A stretch of 64,000 nucleotides of DNA from Podarcis muralis. Lineage: Eukaryota. Shown piece after piece: positions 1-13,660 of this stretch. Location of the stretch: positions 62,248,001 to 62,312,000 of the forward strand of contig NC_135659.1 in assembly GCF_964188315.1 (NCBI RefSeq), read 5' to 3'. The translations under genes were made by a program, and so were the position numbers. The notes under the pieces were generated by a model. It ran no database searches. It was not told where the DNA came from and worked only from the letters and a program-made list of their open reading frames with translations. How positions within the stretch are numbered: the first letter of the stretch is position 1; each line of letters starts with the position of its first letter.

Positions 1-508
1 TATTTACACTCACACTAAGCATTTCTGCAAGGATGCAAGGGTGGTGCATGTGTGTCCCTTTAGATGTTATTGGACTCCACCTCCCATCACCTCAGCCGGC
101 ATGACCAGTGGTTAGGGATAATGACAGCTGTAGACTAACAACATCTGGAGGGCTACTGTGCTCTAATGGAGAAATTGGTGGAGCTAAATGTATTTGTTTA
201 GTTTGTTATATGAATTTAGAATAAACTAAAGTGAAAAGTCATCCAGTAGGTTTTTGACAGCAGCTGTGCAACCCAATTTTGAAAACACTTGAGGTATCCC
301 ACCAGAATATCCAGCTTTTGGCTTGTTTCTATGAAGTTCAGACATCTTAGGAGGGTGTGCACCGGATTTGGACAAATCATTAATCCCAGGCAGAAGCATT
401 GCATTTTGGAAGGATTCTGGGCTTCTTGGAGGTGAAGTGTGATCCGTATGAGACACCCTGAACCAAACAAGGGTCCTCAAAGTACCTTGCAACACCTTGG
501 TGATTCAG

Positions 509-509
<1 letters not shown>

Positions 510-549
<40 letters not shown>
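510..549. repeat. (AC)n microsatellite
   Basis: Seen directly. Similar tracts at 20712-20754 (GT)n and 39816-39861 (AC)n. Confidence 0.98.
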
Positions 550-554
<5 letters not shown>

Positions 555-1015
555 GACAACTTGTCTGCTGAAAGCAATGCTATTGTCTCTAAACCTTTGG
601 TATATAAGGGCAGGGGTGAGGTTTGGTGAGGTTTGATGGAGGGAAAATGCCAGAGTGAGAAGGCAGAGGAGGGAGCTCTGCTGTGACAGACAGATCAGAC
701 AGCTTGTGATCAGAGGGAATTATTTTACCAGTCCTTTTTGAGGGATGATGATGGTGGGATGTTGAAGTAAATGATATTGGTGTGTTTGCTTTTTCACAAG
801 TTTGGATGGATTTTTCCAATCGTCACTCCAGCTTAAATCAAAATATTTTGCTTACCTGTCTGTGTGCAGTGTTATGTGGGGCCCTTACCTAACACCATTG
901 AATCAGTATCCACAAACAAAAATGATAGGGGAGGGGAAGCAAATCCCTCTTAGTTTCCCTCCCACCACCACCAGTGCTAAGACACCTAGGATGTAGATTT
1001 GAGGGGGGTATCAAT

Positions 1016-1180
1016 CATAGCTGTCAACCTTCCCTTTTTTGGTGGGGAATTCCCTTATTCCAGCGCTGTTTCCCGCTGCTTCCCGCTGCTATCCCGGATT
1101 GTTAGATATCCTGTAGACTGTCCCCAGGACAGGTGAGGCTGCTGATCCCTTATTTTCAAATCTGAAAGTTGACAGCTATG
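1016..1180. mobile_element. hAT MITE
   Basis: Perfect TIR CATAGCTGTCAAC/GTTGACAGCTATG. Perfect 8-bp TSD gtatcaat at 1008-1015 and 1181-1188. Confidence 0.92.
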
Positions 1181-2319
1181 GTATCAATGGCTACCCAGGA
1201 TGGAAAGCCTGGAAGCCTCTGCATACAGAAAAATAGCCCTGTAGGAGGTATGGTCTGTGAGTTCAGTGCTACAACAACTGAGATTATTTAAGTAAATCTG
1301 AAGCAAAATGAAACTCAAATGGATTTCCCCCCTCCAGCTTTGATACCAAACCATGTTCCTGATCAAAAGCCACTGAACAGAACCAGAACCAGTGGTGGTG
1401 GCTAACTAGGTAGGTCACAGGATTGTTGCGTGTAAAGAAGCCTGACCTAGATGCCTGAACTGAGCGTGACTTCTCCCTCAGGAAATACTCATCTAAAGAT
1501 GAATTCTCCCATGTTGACGTTGTTGCTTCAGAAATGTTCTGAACAGTCTGATTGGATTATGCTGGAGAAAGTGACAAACTGTAAACCCTGGGTGCTTGTG
1601 TTTGGGCGTCAGGTAAGCCATGGCTAATGGTTCACTGCAAATGTACAGATTATTCCTCCTCACTTGTGAGCGGGATCCATCAACCACATCCTTGACTTAA
1701 TGTTATACATGAACTGGGGATTCTGTTTTGTTTTGTTTCACTTGGCAAGCAGAAAACACACGTTGGTTTCAGGTTGTACTTCATATGAAGCAAAACAAAC
1801 CATAGTCCCTGGTTCGGATATCATGCTAAGTCAACCATGGTTTGTTGCTTCTGCTCAGTAGCAGAGATAAGCAAAATGTGAGGGACCTGCATGTGCATGG
1901 TGAATCATTAACCACAGCTTAATGTGACATGTGAATGCCTTCTGTCTGTTGATCTCAGTATTGTCCACCCTGACTAGCAGTAACTTTTTCCAGATAACAG
2001 GTAGAGGTCTACCAACTTAACCTTCTAGCTAGAGATGCCAGGGATTGAATCTGTGGCCTTCTGCATGTAGAAAACTGGTGCTCTATCATTGATCTATATG
2101 CTGCCCACTCTGATCCTTACACACATTTTTCTCATTTATGCTCAAAAGGAAGCCTTCACTTATATCACCTTCACTTAATATCCCAAGGCTTGATTTTTTG
2201 GACCTCTCATGCTGGTGCCAGGATTTCTTTTAGTTCATGCTCCATAGCTGAGACTGTAAAAACACTACAAACATGCAGAGAGATGGGTTATAAAAAATGA
2301 CCTGTGGGTTAATTGTTTA

Positions 2320-2530
2320 TTATATTTATATTATACCTTTCCTCCAAGGAGCTCAAAATGACATACATTGTTCTCCTACTCAATTTATTCTCATAACAAC
2401 CCTCTGAGGTAGGTTTGGCTGAAAGACAGTGATTGGCACAAGGTCACCCAGTGAACTTCATGGCAGAGTGAGTGGGGATTTGAGCCCCCTGGTCTTCTAG
2501 ATCCTATTCCAACGCCTTACCCACTAGGCT
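2320..2530 (-). mobile_element. Old MIR/Squam3-like SINE
   Basis: Contains cctctgaggtaggtttggctga…caaggtcacccagtgaacttcatggcagag…ggatttgagccc. Related copies at 4236-4448 and 17268-17480. Confidence 0.75.
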
Positions 2531-4235
2531 GCACTATATGTGTTGGAGCCTCCATTTGCCAAAGGCATGTATGTGGCTTGTTCATAGAGCCAGATTTGTT
2601 GCCAGATAGAGAGACTTGGAAACTTGGCCTTATAAGGCCTCTTAAATCTCAAGAGATATAGACATGCTAAGTGACATTTGAACAATTTGCTTTCAGGCTC
2701 AGGCTCCTCATCCATAAAATGGGAACAGTGGTGACCTGCCTCCATAGAGAACAAGCCAAATAAAGACTGCATAACATATTGTGCATTGAAAAGTCTCTGT
2801 GAATGCTAGAGCGGAAGATACTGGCTTTGGATCTTGCAAACTTCTGCATGTGCTTTGGGGTCCAAGATGTTGAAATGGAATGAAAAATAGTCATGTGTTT
2901 GATGGGAAACTTATAGACATGATACTGCCTTGGAGGGGAGCTATTTCCCTGAGAGAAAATGTTTCAATTGCATAAATTTTAGAGGCCCTGCCCTCCTCGG
3001 TCAAGTTAGATGTTGACTCAGCTTCTGACAGGCAGCTCTTGTTTTTCACTTTACACAGTAGCTAAATGTTTTACCCAGAAGCAGCACTTGGGGGAGCTGG
3101 AAGGCAAATGAATGAAGTTGCAGGCAGGTATAGTTTAATGAGGAAGGTATTGTACACCGACAAAGGTGTCTTGGCAGCACTGGGGAGCAAAGCAGACTTT
3201 TGCAAAACAGCTTTTGCAAAACCACAGAGAAATGCCACCTCCCCAGTTTCTATTGCATGTACTGGCATTTGGAATCTTCCCATTTCATGTTGAGCAAACC
3301 TCAGAATGCATCATTGGAGTTCAGCTGTTTCTATAGTATGACTGCTTGAATCTTCCACTCGACTAGAGAGCAGGTGGCTATCCATTGATTTGTCCAAATG
3401 CAAAGTTGTCAACATCTAAAAGATACTTAGCCTGTAATCGAAAGCCCCTTTTTGCCAGGCCGGGGTGGGGGTTAGGAATGGATTAGGCAGAGGTGTAGGA
3501 AGTACTCCTGGTGAGGTCCCCAGCGACGTTCTGGGGGTGGGTAGAGGGAAGGACTGAGGCAGACTGGGAGAGTCACTGGATCCTGATCCAGCTCCACTGC
3601 CATCCCTTGATGGTATCGGAAATGTTCTCATCTTAATCACTTGATTTGCCTGCCCCCCCTCCTTCCACCCTGGCCAGCATGGGCAATGGGGCTGTGGGGG
3701 CAGTGGGGCCTCTGCCCCTCCATCATGCTTCGCCACTTCCTGGCCAGGGATTGGATTGTTCTGTCAGGGGCCACCTCTTGGTTTCAGTGTGTAAAGGTGC
3801 CTTGCTGTATAAGTTGTTACTTCCTGCTAGTGTTTGAGAGGGACTTAACTATGAGGCAGGCTTATAATTAAAAACCAGCCTGTAGAGCTAGAAATACCCT
3901 TCATTTCAGTTTCACCTGTGTCTTGCCAAATTCTGTAAATTTGCACTTTTCTGAGAGAATCTTTGGCCTGTCATAGTTTCTGTTGAGGGTGTTATAACTA
4001 ATCCTCTGTTGGGTCGGTCAGATAATTTTTTTAAAAAAAGCTTGGTTTGATGTTTATGTTCTGGATAGAATGTGGATGGTGGTACTAGGGCTACGACTGA
4101 TGGGCATGTTTAACTAATGGAATACTGGACAATACCGGGATGTTAAAATGTGCTGTTTTAAGTCCCGATGGGATCAGAATGAGAAGGGCAAGCTGTAAGC
4201 TATGGAAGCAGTAGGAAGATCCATTTTCTTTCCTA

Positions 4236-4448
4236 TTGTATTTATATCATACCATGTCTTTCCTGCAAGGAACTCAAAGTGGCGTTCAGGATCCCCTACC
4301 TCCCCATTTTAGCATCAGAGCAACCCCGAGAGGTACGTCAGGCTGAGAGAAGATGACTGTCCCAAGGTCATCCAGTGATCTTTATGGCTCAGTGGGGATT
4401 TGAACCCAGATCCCACAGGCTCTGGTCCAACACTCTATATCTACTCCA
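4236..4448 (-). mobile_element. Old MIR/Squam3-like SINE
   Basis: Similar to the 2320 copy (caaggtcatccagtga…ggggatttgaacccag). Confidence 0.75.
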
Positions 4449-6289
4449 TAATGTGCACATATACACAAAGGGGGTAGTATCTCGTGTGCTATTTTCTTGC
4501 CTGAATGTTGCTGAATATACAACTGAAGAAATGAAATAATTATTTTTGGTTCCCCTGCTCCTCCCCACATTTTACTAATAGATCTGGCACATGGGAAGCT
4601 GACTCTGCTGCCTATCATAATGACAAGTCCCGTCTCAATGCCTGCTGTACTCCCCCATGTCTGTTTTCCAGTCTGTATCCATCTGCTTTATTTCATACTA
4701 TATACTGTAAGACTTGCCTGGGACAACAAGAACCATCTTGTGTGTTGGGCTGGTACTTATTGCAGCAATACCTGACTGCCTTAAAGATCACAGGTAGGAG
4801 TGGGATTGAAAAACCAGGTGCAGTTGTGGCTTGGGAAGGAGCTTCCAGGACATGTAGATGCCTTTTATAGGCAGGCAATGCCTTTCAGCTATGTGCATCT
4901 CATAATATTTTATTACCACTGTGCCAGTTAGGGATCTTTTTATCTGATCAAGCACGCAACGATTTGTGGAAAGCGGAGGGTTTGCAGAGAATTGAATCTG
5001 AAGCTGTGGGTGTTTGGAAGCAGAAACAGAAGATCAGACCTGTACAATTTTTTACCTATGACTTGCTTGGGATTTTTAACCAGTGTGAGTCTCATATTTC
5101 ACCTAATATATCCATTTGAAATACTGAGATTTTCAGGATAGATCAAAAATCTGTTTTCCTTCACTACCACTCTTCCTTGGGCATACCTAATTTAAATTAC
5201 AAACATTCACCTCATATACTACTATGCTTGTCTCAATGTGATTCACATTAATCAAGGTGGTTGGACTTGACTTTTTAAAATTTAACATCCCCTTTAGGTA
5301 TTTATATTTGACTGTGAGAGAGACAGACACAGGTAAAATTGGCAATAGATTTTGTTGTTGTTGAGTTTCCCTGTGTAGAGCCCATCCGGCAGAGTGGATG
5401 TCAAGTTTATTTGATAGTTGTCAGAACAGCTAATGACAATTATCTCTAATAATCAAAAGTTCATTAATATGGTATCAGATTTATTCTACAAGTATGGCCA
5501 AGAGATTTAGGCCACAGTAAAGTGCATACCTTGGAGTAAGTCCCATTGAATTCTATGGGGCTTACTTCTGAGCAGACACATATAGGATTGCAGTGGAGCT
5601 CCTGAATGGGCAGCTTGATGACTCCACCTCTATTTCTAAGTCATCAAATATGGCTGCAAAATGATTTATGATTCCCCTCAGACAGTCAGTTCTCCTCAGG
5701 AAGACGAGAATATCCATTAAAAATACATTATCATTCTGCTGACACAGCAAGATCAAATATTAAGCACTGAGTTGGTGTGTCAGGATGTGCCTGAGATCAC
5801 AATACAGATTTCAGAACATCTGTATTATTGACTGTACCTAAAGCAATATCATGAGCTACCGGTATGTTGTCACTTCAGAACATTGGTTGCAGCTATAAAT
5901 AATTGACTTAAGTGTATTGTAATCTTTGCTACTACTAAGAAAAATTATCTTCAACAATAATAAGCTGATAGCAGAAGGCTAAATTTGTGGTCCCTTTCAA
6001 CTGAATGATATTTGAGCTTCAACTGCTGATAGGTTTTTTGTTGTTTTTTTAATTGTACAGTTTTGGTGATTTTAACTGACTCATTGGCCAAGGTAATGAG
6101 TGTCACTTTCTGTCATGGTTTTTGCTGTCAGTAAGAATTACACCAGTAATTTCTATTAAGTCACTTCGGTCAACTAATCTATTTACAGCCTGTTCACAGG
6201 TCCTTATGTGATCAGTGAAAAGAGTTGGTCCTGGCAAGTATTAACCGCTCTCAGTCTTAACCTGATAACTGCCATTTGTCCAGATTTTA

Positions 6290-6440
6290 ATTTGTCTCAA
6301 TTAATTTTAAGATGTATTTTAATTAATTGATGGCTGTTTTTATGTATACAGTACTGTGTTATTTATATGATGTTAGCCGCTCTGAGCCCGGCTCTGGCCA
6401 GGGAAGGCGGGGTACAAATATAAATGTATTACTATTATAA
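6290..6440 (+). mobile_element. L2-type 3' end
   Basis: tgttagccgctctgagcccggctct…ggcggggtacaaatataaat with a (TAT)-type tail. Confidence 0.65.
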
Positions 6441-7449
6441 TTATCAATTAATTAATTAATCGTACATGTTCCCCTTGCTTTCTTTTGAAGACTGGGGCAA
6501 GTAATGTATGAAAACTATAAAATGAAGTTGTTGGTTTTTTTAAAAAAAAAAAGTTTAAATGGCTCAACCACCCAGCCATTATACATCAGACTGAGTCAAG
6601 TGGTCCTACATCACTTCTGGAAGATGCTGTAATGTTGCCAGAGTTTCCAGAGTATTATTAGCCTAGAGGAGAGTCACTAAGAATGCACATCATTCAGCAC
6701 CTTCAAGCTCACTACTCAGCACTTCCATGAAGCAGCTTCTCTCTGATAACCAACAGTGGTCAAAGTCAGGGCTGGTAAACTTATGCCTCTCCAGATGTTG
6801 TTGGACTCCAACACCCATCACTCCCAGCGAGCAATACCCACTGGTGAGGGATTATGGGAATTGTTGTCCCATCAACAGCTGGCGAACCACAGGTCTTTCA
6901 TCCCTGGCCTATGTAATGGGGTGCATCTGCTACAATCAATCAGGAGGGCAAAATGGGAAAGGACCCCTATATGTAAGGTCTGTCATTGCCAGAAGGCAAG
7001 CAAAGATGTGTAAGTTGACAGTAGGTTGTGTACATTCTCTTCTGTGTAGCAAGACTGAGGAAGATGGTGGCTCAGCGCTGGGCACTAAATCTGGTTCCTA
7101 GAGTCACTGATGTGAAATTCATAGCAGTCTACAGTTCACCATTAACAGCAATCTGGAAAAACATATCTGTACTGACAGTTTTCCTGCCCCAACATGACAT
7201 TTCTTTCAGGTTATTTATCTCCTGTAATTTTGCCTTAATTTTTCAGCAGTAATGGTTTATGTCAAAACCCATTATATCAGAACTATTAAATTCATGGTTT
7301 TCTACAGTCCCCCCCCCCACCTTGGTCTCATTTTATGTAGATAGCTGGTGCAGCATCATCTCAGGGACACAGTAGTTGTGAATTGGTCTGGGTGTGTGGA
7401 TGGATGGGAGGGAGGGAGGGAGGGAGGGGGGAGAGAGGGAGGGAATCAC

Positions 7450-7945
7450 AGCTAAAGACCTGACACATGGCCATCCAACTTTGTTTAAAGAACCTCCAAT
7501 GAAGGACAGTCCACCACTTTGTAAGGACATCCATTCCACTGTCAAACAACCCTTACCATCAGAAGTGGTATTCCTATTAGTCAAAATCTCATTTCTTGTA
7601 ATTTGAGTCCATTGGTTTAGGTCCTACCTCCCTGAGCAGCTGAAAAGAAGCTTGGTTCATCTTCCCTATGACAGCCCTTCACATATATGAAGATGGTTAC
7701 CATGTCATCTCTGTCTTCTATTCTCTAGGCTAAACATAACCAACTTGTTCAACCATTCCTCTTCAGGTTTGGTTTCTAGGCCCTTGATCATTTTGGTCAC
7801 CCTCCTCTGCACATGTTCCAGCTTCTTAATATCTTTCGTAAACTGTGGTGCCTATAATAGAATAGCAGTAGTGCGACCTTCCTTGATGTGGACACTCTAC
7901 TTCTGTTGATGCAGCCTAGAATAACATTAGCCTTTTTTGCAGCTT
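7450..7945 (-). mobile_element. CR1 LINE 3' ORF2 fragment
   Basis: Minus-strand KAAKKANVILGCINRS motif followed by typical downstream CR1 sequence. Confidence 0.85.
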
Positions 7946-10929
7946 TTGTGTGTGTCTTTATGTGTGGACTTGCACATGCGCGCGTACACACACACACACT
8001 TATGTATAACCCAATATACGTTTTTGCCCTGAATCTTTCCAAAGGGTTTAATAAATTTTTTTTTGTTTAATTACTGAAGTGTCACAAATTGTTCTACTGG
8101 TTTTTCAACACTACCTTCTTCTACCCATAGTGCGGAGGTGGTCAACCTGGCACCCTCAGATGTCCAGATGTCCATGAGGTCCCCTCCCATGCAGCTTCCC
8201 TCTATTTAAATCAGGCTTGAAAGAAACATCATGTTGTATCTGATTTGTTTGTATTGGTTGTGGTTTGTGCTTGGTTGCGATTCATGTGTTTCTGCACAGT
8301 TTATCTATTCTTCTAATGTGCCCATGGGCCCCCCAAAAGCTAGCACAGGGTCTCAGCAGAGAGTATACACCCTGATGGAGTCTAATACTTCAGGTGCTTT
8401 GTGGATTTGGAAATTCTAATTCCATCTCAAATGAGGCTAAGAAAAGCTTCTCATATATTTTGAGCTCGCACTGTATTCTGCATTTTTGTTCAGTTCGAAA
8501 GTTCAGACCTGGTAATCATTCTGAAAAGCAATGAGAGACTGTGCGAGAACCTAAATTTAGACATAACCAACTGCAAGCAACGGGGTTTTTTGTTTTGTTT
8601 TTTGCTTCCTATTCCTTTCCTCCCTCCCCAAAGCTATGCGTTAAAATAAAATTTTAAATAGAACTACCATTGAGACTAGAATTGTTTTGACAGCACAGGG
8701 GAGCTATATACATACATATGCAGAGATTCTGGTGTGTGTTCCTAGCATATCAGAGATTCTTCCCAAGCAGAATGTGTATTAAAACGGCCTGTTTCATCTT
8801 CAGGGTGACAAAACAGTCAATACATTATTGATGGTCCCAATAATAAAAACACAGGCAGTGAGGCATTCCCATTCATCATTTTGACACTTCCTTGGTGTGC
8901 TGCCTGGTCCAGCCCATGAGGGAGGAGCCTTCTTTGCCAAATGTACTCTAGGAAGGAGGAAATGCCAGCAGCTTCAACAAATGCAGAGAGCCCATTTCAG
9001 GGGGTGAATGGTGCAAATCTGGCTTTATCTCCTGTGATGGCTAGTTTAAGAGTTCTTGAGCAGTAAGACTGTGCCTTTGTTTTCTGTCGTCCGTTTTGCA
9101 CCTGAAGCAGTGACCAATGCATCCTTGTCAGAAGAGATGAAACTTGCTCTCTCATATCTACGTATTGTTCTGATGTACAGCCTAATATTAGCTGGTGTTC
9201 TGTCCTTGATCAAAGACCTGAATAAATCAAGATTCATTTTCATTCAAACTCTCAGGGAGAAGACTTTTATGGATTAACATTGTCCTATTATAAGCTTATG
9301 CCTTGCTTCCCAATTTTGTACAGCTGTCCAGTAGTATAACATAGGACCTTGTTTGCAGGCCAAGAGGCTCAGGCTCAGGAGGCCAAGCCTAGAAAGCACA
9401 GGAGGTCTTCCCGGTAGCTCTTGCCCCAACATGGCAGTTAGGAGGACTGGGGGTTCCCGCCTTCCCACAGCTCCCGCAGTCTCCTCCTCCCCCAGTTCAT
9501 TCCCAAGCAATCTGAGGCTTCTTTGTCTTGTCTGTCTTTGCTCCACCCTTTTCATACCTCTCCAGATTCTGTTAGACCAGGAGGAAGGGGAGCTAGTCAC
9601 GGCAAGGGGGGAGGCAGCTTGGCTTCTTCACTAGCCTGACTCATTGCTGCCTCGTGCCCTCTCCTCCTCCCCTTCCTCCTCTTCTGCCTCTGATTTTGGA
9701 CTGTCACAGCTTCTTCCTGTTCACTAAACCCTGTTACCTCTTCAGCTTCCAGCACCACCACCTTCGTCTGTTCCCTTTTCTCCCCCTGACCACTGATTGT
9801 TGTCCCACCATCAATCCCCTGGCTCTGAGCCATCTTCCCTTGGGAGTTCCCTTGGGGATTCCCCAGCTGGTGCCTCACACCACCCCTCTGCATTCAGCCA
9901 GTCCATGACAGACAGCTGGATCTTCCTTCCCATGCTTCCTTTTAGTTTTTCTATGTCTCATTCTTACCTGAACTATAGTCTGTCCTTTTTATTCTCTTCC
10001 ATAGACTTAAATTCCTTGGTCCTTAACTAGGTGTGGTAGAAGGCATGCCCACTTTCAGGTATTTGCTTGAAGAATTAAGCTACTGAGAGCAATCATCCCA
10101 TCTGGGGTAGGACTACTGGGTTTCCCCATATTGTAGTTTGGGTGCTCCAGTGTGTAATATCACGGTAAATGTAAGTGCTGTCAGGAAAGTCAGCTGGAGT
10201 TTCCACAGCAAATGAGTAACAGCTGTGCGTTTACTGCACTTCTATAACTGATTGATTGCCTGGAAAGGCCCTTGTGGTCCCAACTCAGTCTAATCATTTC
10301 AACTGAAAACAGATTTAGTCCCACTGATGCCAACTGGAGTAAATCAGTGAGAGATTGTGCCACATTGTCGGCTTTGCCAGCGCAAGAGGATCTGATGCTG
10401 AAGAGCTGTTGGAAAACCGGTACTTGAAATATGAGCAAAAGTATGTGTCCTAAGGGCGAACTGACAGGCCTTGCTCAGGAGTTCCCCTCAACGCACAAAG
10501 ACTTTATGCATGGACATGTGGGGTGGCATGCAGGCCCCACCCTCCAGCATTCCTTGGTGTGTAGGCTTCAGAGGCAGCTCCCAAATGTGGAGATCAGCAG
10601 AATACACTTGGAAACCCTCTTCAGATGTTTTCACTAAGCATGCATACGTCTGAAGAGGAGCTCACATCCAGGAATGTTGGAGGCAGGCCTTGTGTGCAGG
10701 CCTCCTGTCTCCCTCTACATATAAAGCCTCCACATTTTCTGACAAACACTTCAACAAAGCTGTTAAAGTTTGGTGAAAGGGGTTTTGAACACCCGTATGC
10801 AGCATCCTGAGGCATTGGTTTTGAGGGTAGAGAATGTGTTCAAACCACTTCCACTTGTGATAATACTGTATGTTTCTCTTCACCCAAAGTTTCAAAGCTT
10901 CTTTTGAGCCTGGTTTCACGTGTTCTTAA

Positions 10930-11207
10930 GAGCATAAGAAGAGAATGCTAGATCAGGCCAATGGCCCTTCTAAACCAACATCCTTACAGTGTCCACCCAG
11001 ATGTCTATGGGGAATCTGCAAACAAGCCCATAACACAGGGGCCCTCTCCCTTCCGGTAGTTTCCAGCAACTGGAATTCAGAAACAGTACTCTGACTGTGG
11101 AAGCAGAACATAGCCATTGAAGCTAGTAGCCATCAATAGCTCTTTCCTTCATGAATTTGTCCAGTCCTTTTAAAAAAACATCTCTAAGTTGGTGGCCATC
11201 ACTGCCT
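10930..11207 (-). mobile_element. CR1 LINE 3' end
   Basis: cataagaagag..gctagatcaggccaatggccc terminus typical of squamate CR1. A more degraded relative lies at 16555-16790. Confidence 0.75.
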
Positions 11208-12376
11208 TGTACTTTTTAAAATCTGTCCTGAATCTTCCAACATTTTATGAGGGAGATATAGATTTTTACACAGTTGTAATTGTCTGATTTAGGACTCTCT
11301 TTAATCTGTATTGCTGGATAGTGGTGTGTTCTGCCTACCAGTTGAAGTATGGAAAGGGTTTTTTGCAGAGGTGTTTTTGCAGTTGTCCCAAGGTAGTAGA
11401 ACGGTAGAACTGATGGTTGGTAATGTAAATAACTTGGAAGACATGGCCATACAGAGGAAGCTGAATGCCAAAAAAAGAAAATTCCTCGATCATTCAGCTG
11501 CTGTGAACCATATTGATTTCAGAGGGCTTAAGCATATTTAACCCAATGTTGGATTGTGGCCCAGGCCTATGAACATATTCTGTGCTATGTCTACTCATCT
11601 CTCAAACTGAAAAGTTGATTTATTTTAGCAGCTCTGAAACTTGAACCCTGATTTTGAACTGCTGTTTGCAGCTTTCATGCTTATTGGTGCCTGCGACTTT
11701 CTTTTATGTAGCTATTTGATCTCATGGATGGCATGCATGGGCTACTTAAAATTTACCATCTAAAGATGGTAACCATAATCCATCCTTCAGAAACAAAGGC
11801 TTTCACTGGTGCCCCTAGGCTGGCGCCGCAGACTCTGAGCTTTCATTAAAACAAACAAGCAAACCCTAATTCTCTAGCCCTCCTAGAAAGAAAGTTTAGG
11901 GGGCAAAACTGTGCATGTACCTTCTAAGTGATTTCTGTGAAATGAGAGTGTGGTGTGGCTACATTCTATATATTTTCGGGTACTGAGGAATGCTCCCTAT
12001 TGCTACTAGACGGTGTCGGCATCAGTGTACGTAAAATCAGGATTGCGCAATCTCCACAATCAGGACCAGCGGGACATCGCTGACTTTCCGTGGAAAACAC
12101 AAGGTTGTTGCTGGTGGCTGTCTCTCTAATTTTGTTGTGCTACATTCCCCATGGCAACCATTTGACGTTATGCCATTCCCCTGCTGCTCTACAACTATTT
12201 TGCGACTTGCACCCTCAGTACTCTCTCAGTATTTGAAATGTGTCCACCGTTTTACTTGCTGTATGGAGTGATAATCATAGCTGGAATTGGGAAGGGTTGT
12301 TTTGCCTTCTGCAGTATTATGTGGCTCTTAACAGCTTGGCTCTCTTGCTGTGAGTGTTTGGATATTTCATATTGCT

Positions 12377-12514
12377 CAGGAGTGCTGAACCTGTGGCCCT
12401 TCGGATGCTTTTGGGTGGCAGCTCCCATGACCCTTGGCCAGCTTGGGCAATGAACAGGGATGGTGGAAGATATGGACCAGCAAAGTCTGATGGGCCCCAG
12501 GTTCCCCACCCCTG
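12377..12514. mobile_element. Abundant short hAT-type MITE, representative copy
   Basis: Imperfect TIR caggagtgctgaacctg/caggttccccacccctg, with internal ctcccat…gatgg…tgtagt motifs. Related degraded copies near 40-160, 6765-6905, 31640-31735, 51594-51845, 52650-52775, 55385-55520, 60466-60550, 61995-62110 and 63530-63625. Confidence 0.65.
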
Positions 12515-13615
12515 CTATAGTTGTTGCTTCATTCTTATATCTTAATATGGGTTGTAGTTGGGATACACTATCCCATAAGATGGTTGGTGTAGATGTGGCT
12601 CTAGTGCATTAACCATACTGTCTTTGTGAAGCACTGCAATTGGGCTAACATGCTCTTTCTAATATCCCACCATGACATGAATTGTGTAGCCTTTTGCAAG
12701 TTGTAGAGGCCATTGATGTTCATACACTCTTGCCAAAATATGATGTCTTTGAAAGCTGTCACCTTTTTAAGCATTTTGTCTGCCATTTTTCTCATGTTTT
12801 TGTTGCAATTAAAATTTAAAGATGGGTTAGCTACAACCTTGATATACTTTAATGGAGAAAAAATGTTAGTCATGTTCCAGCACTGTTTCATAGATTTACC
12901 AACCTGGATGTTTGGAAATGAAAGCAAAGTAACACATTTTAAGCCTTAATTTAGTTTTGAGTTAGCTTCTCATGGTGTATTCCCATTACAGCACTGTCTT
13001 CAAATGGCCTTTGCCAAATTCTGCACAGCTGTTCTGACAGAAATGTGTGCTTCACACAGCTCATCTTACAAAATGGAGCTGCTTGCATTCAAGAAAACTT
13101 GTGTGAGAGAGAAAGGCAGGCAGTGCACATTAAACATGTTGGCATATTCAGATTTTCTAATTGTGGGAAGCATACACTTCTGAAATGGTGAATTGTTATC
13201 TAAAATTATCTGGGTCTACACTGTGAGAGTTTTAAGGCAGTCAGGTGTTTTGTCCATTAAAAATGACTTCCTGAAACATCTGTCTCTTGTCCAGTATCCA
13301 GTCATATAGGTATGTCATTCTTGGCCCAATTAACTGTGGAGTTGATCTGCATATGTATTCCTGCTTCCCTAGAGGAAGCTTTGGAGGCCACAATCTGAAG
13401 CAGAAGACCTTTATGTAGAAGAGAGGGTTTTTTTTTTGTTTTTACTCATTCTTCTCTGTTGATGTTTACCCCTAAAATCATCTGCCATGAAAGCTGCTTC
13501 CTGGCCTTCCCCGTCCCCTGCTTTCACATTTTGGACAGGGACAATTTTAAGTAAGGTGAAGAAATCTATTCATATTTTCCACACCAGACTGCAGCCTGTT
13601 CAGTTGCATTTCGGA

Positions 13616-13659
<44 letters not shown>

Positions 13660-13660
13660 A
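13616..13660. repeat. (GAAA)n microsatellite
   Basis: Seen directly. Confidence 0.98.
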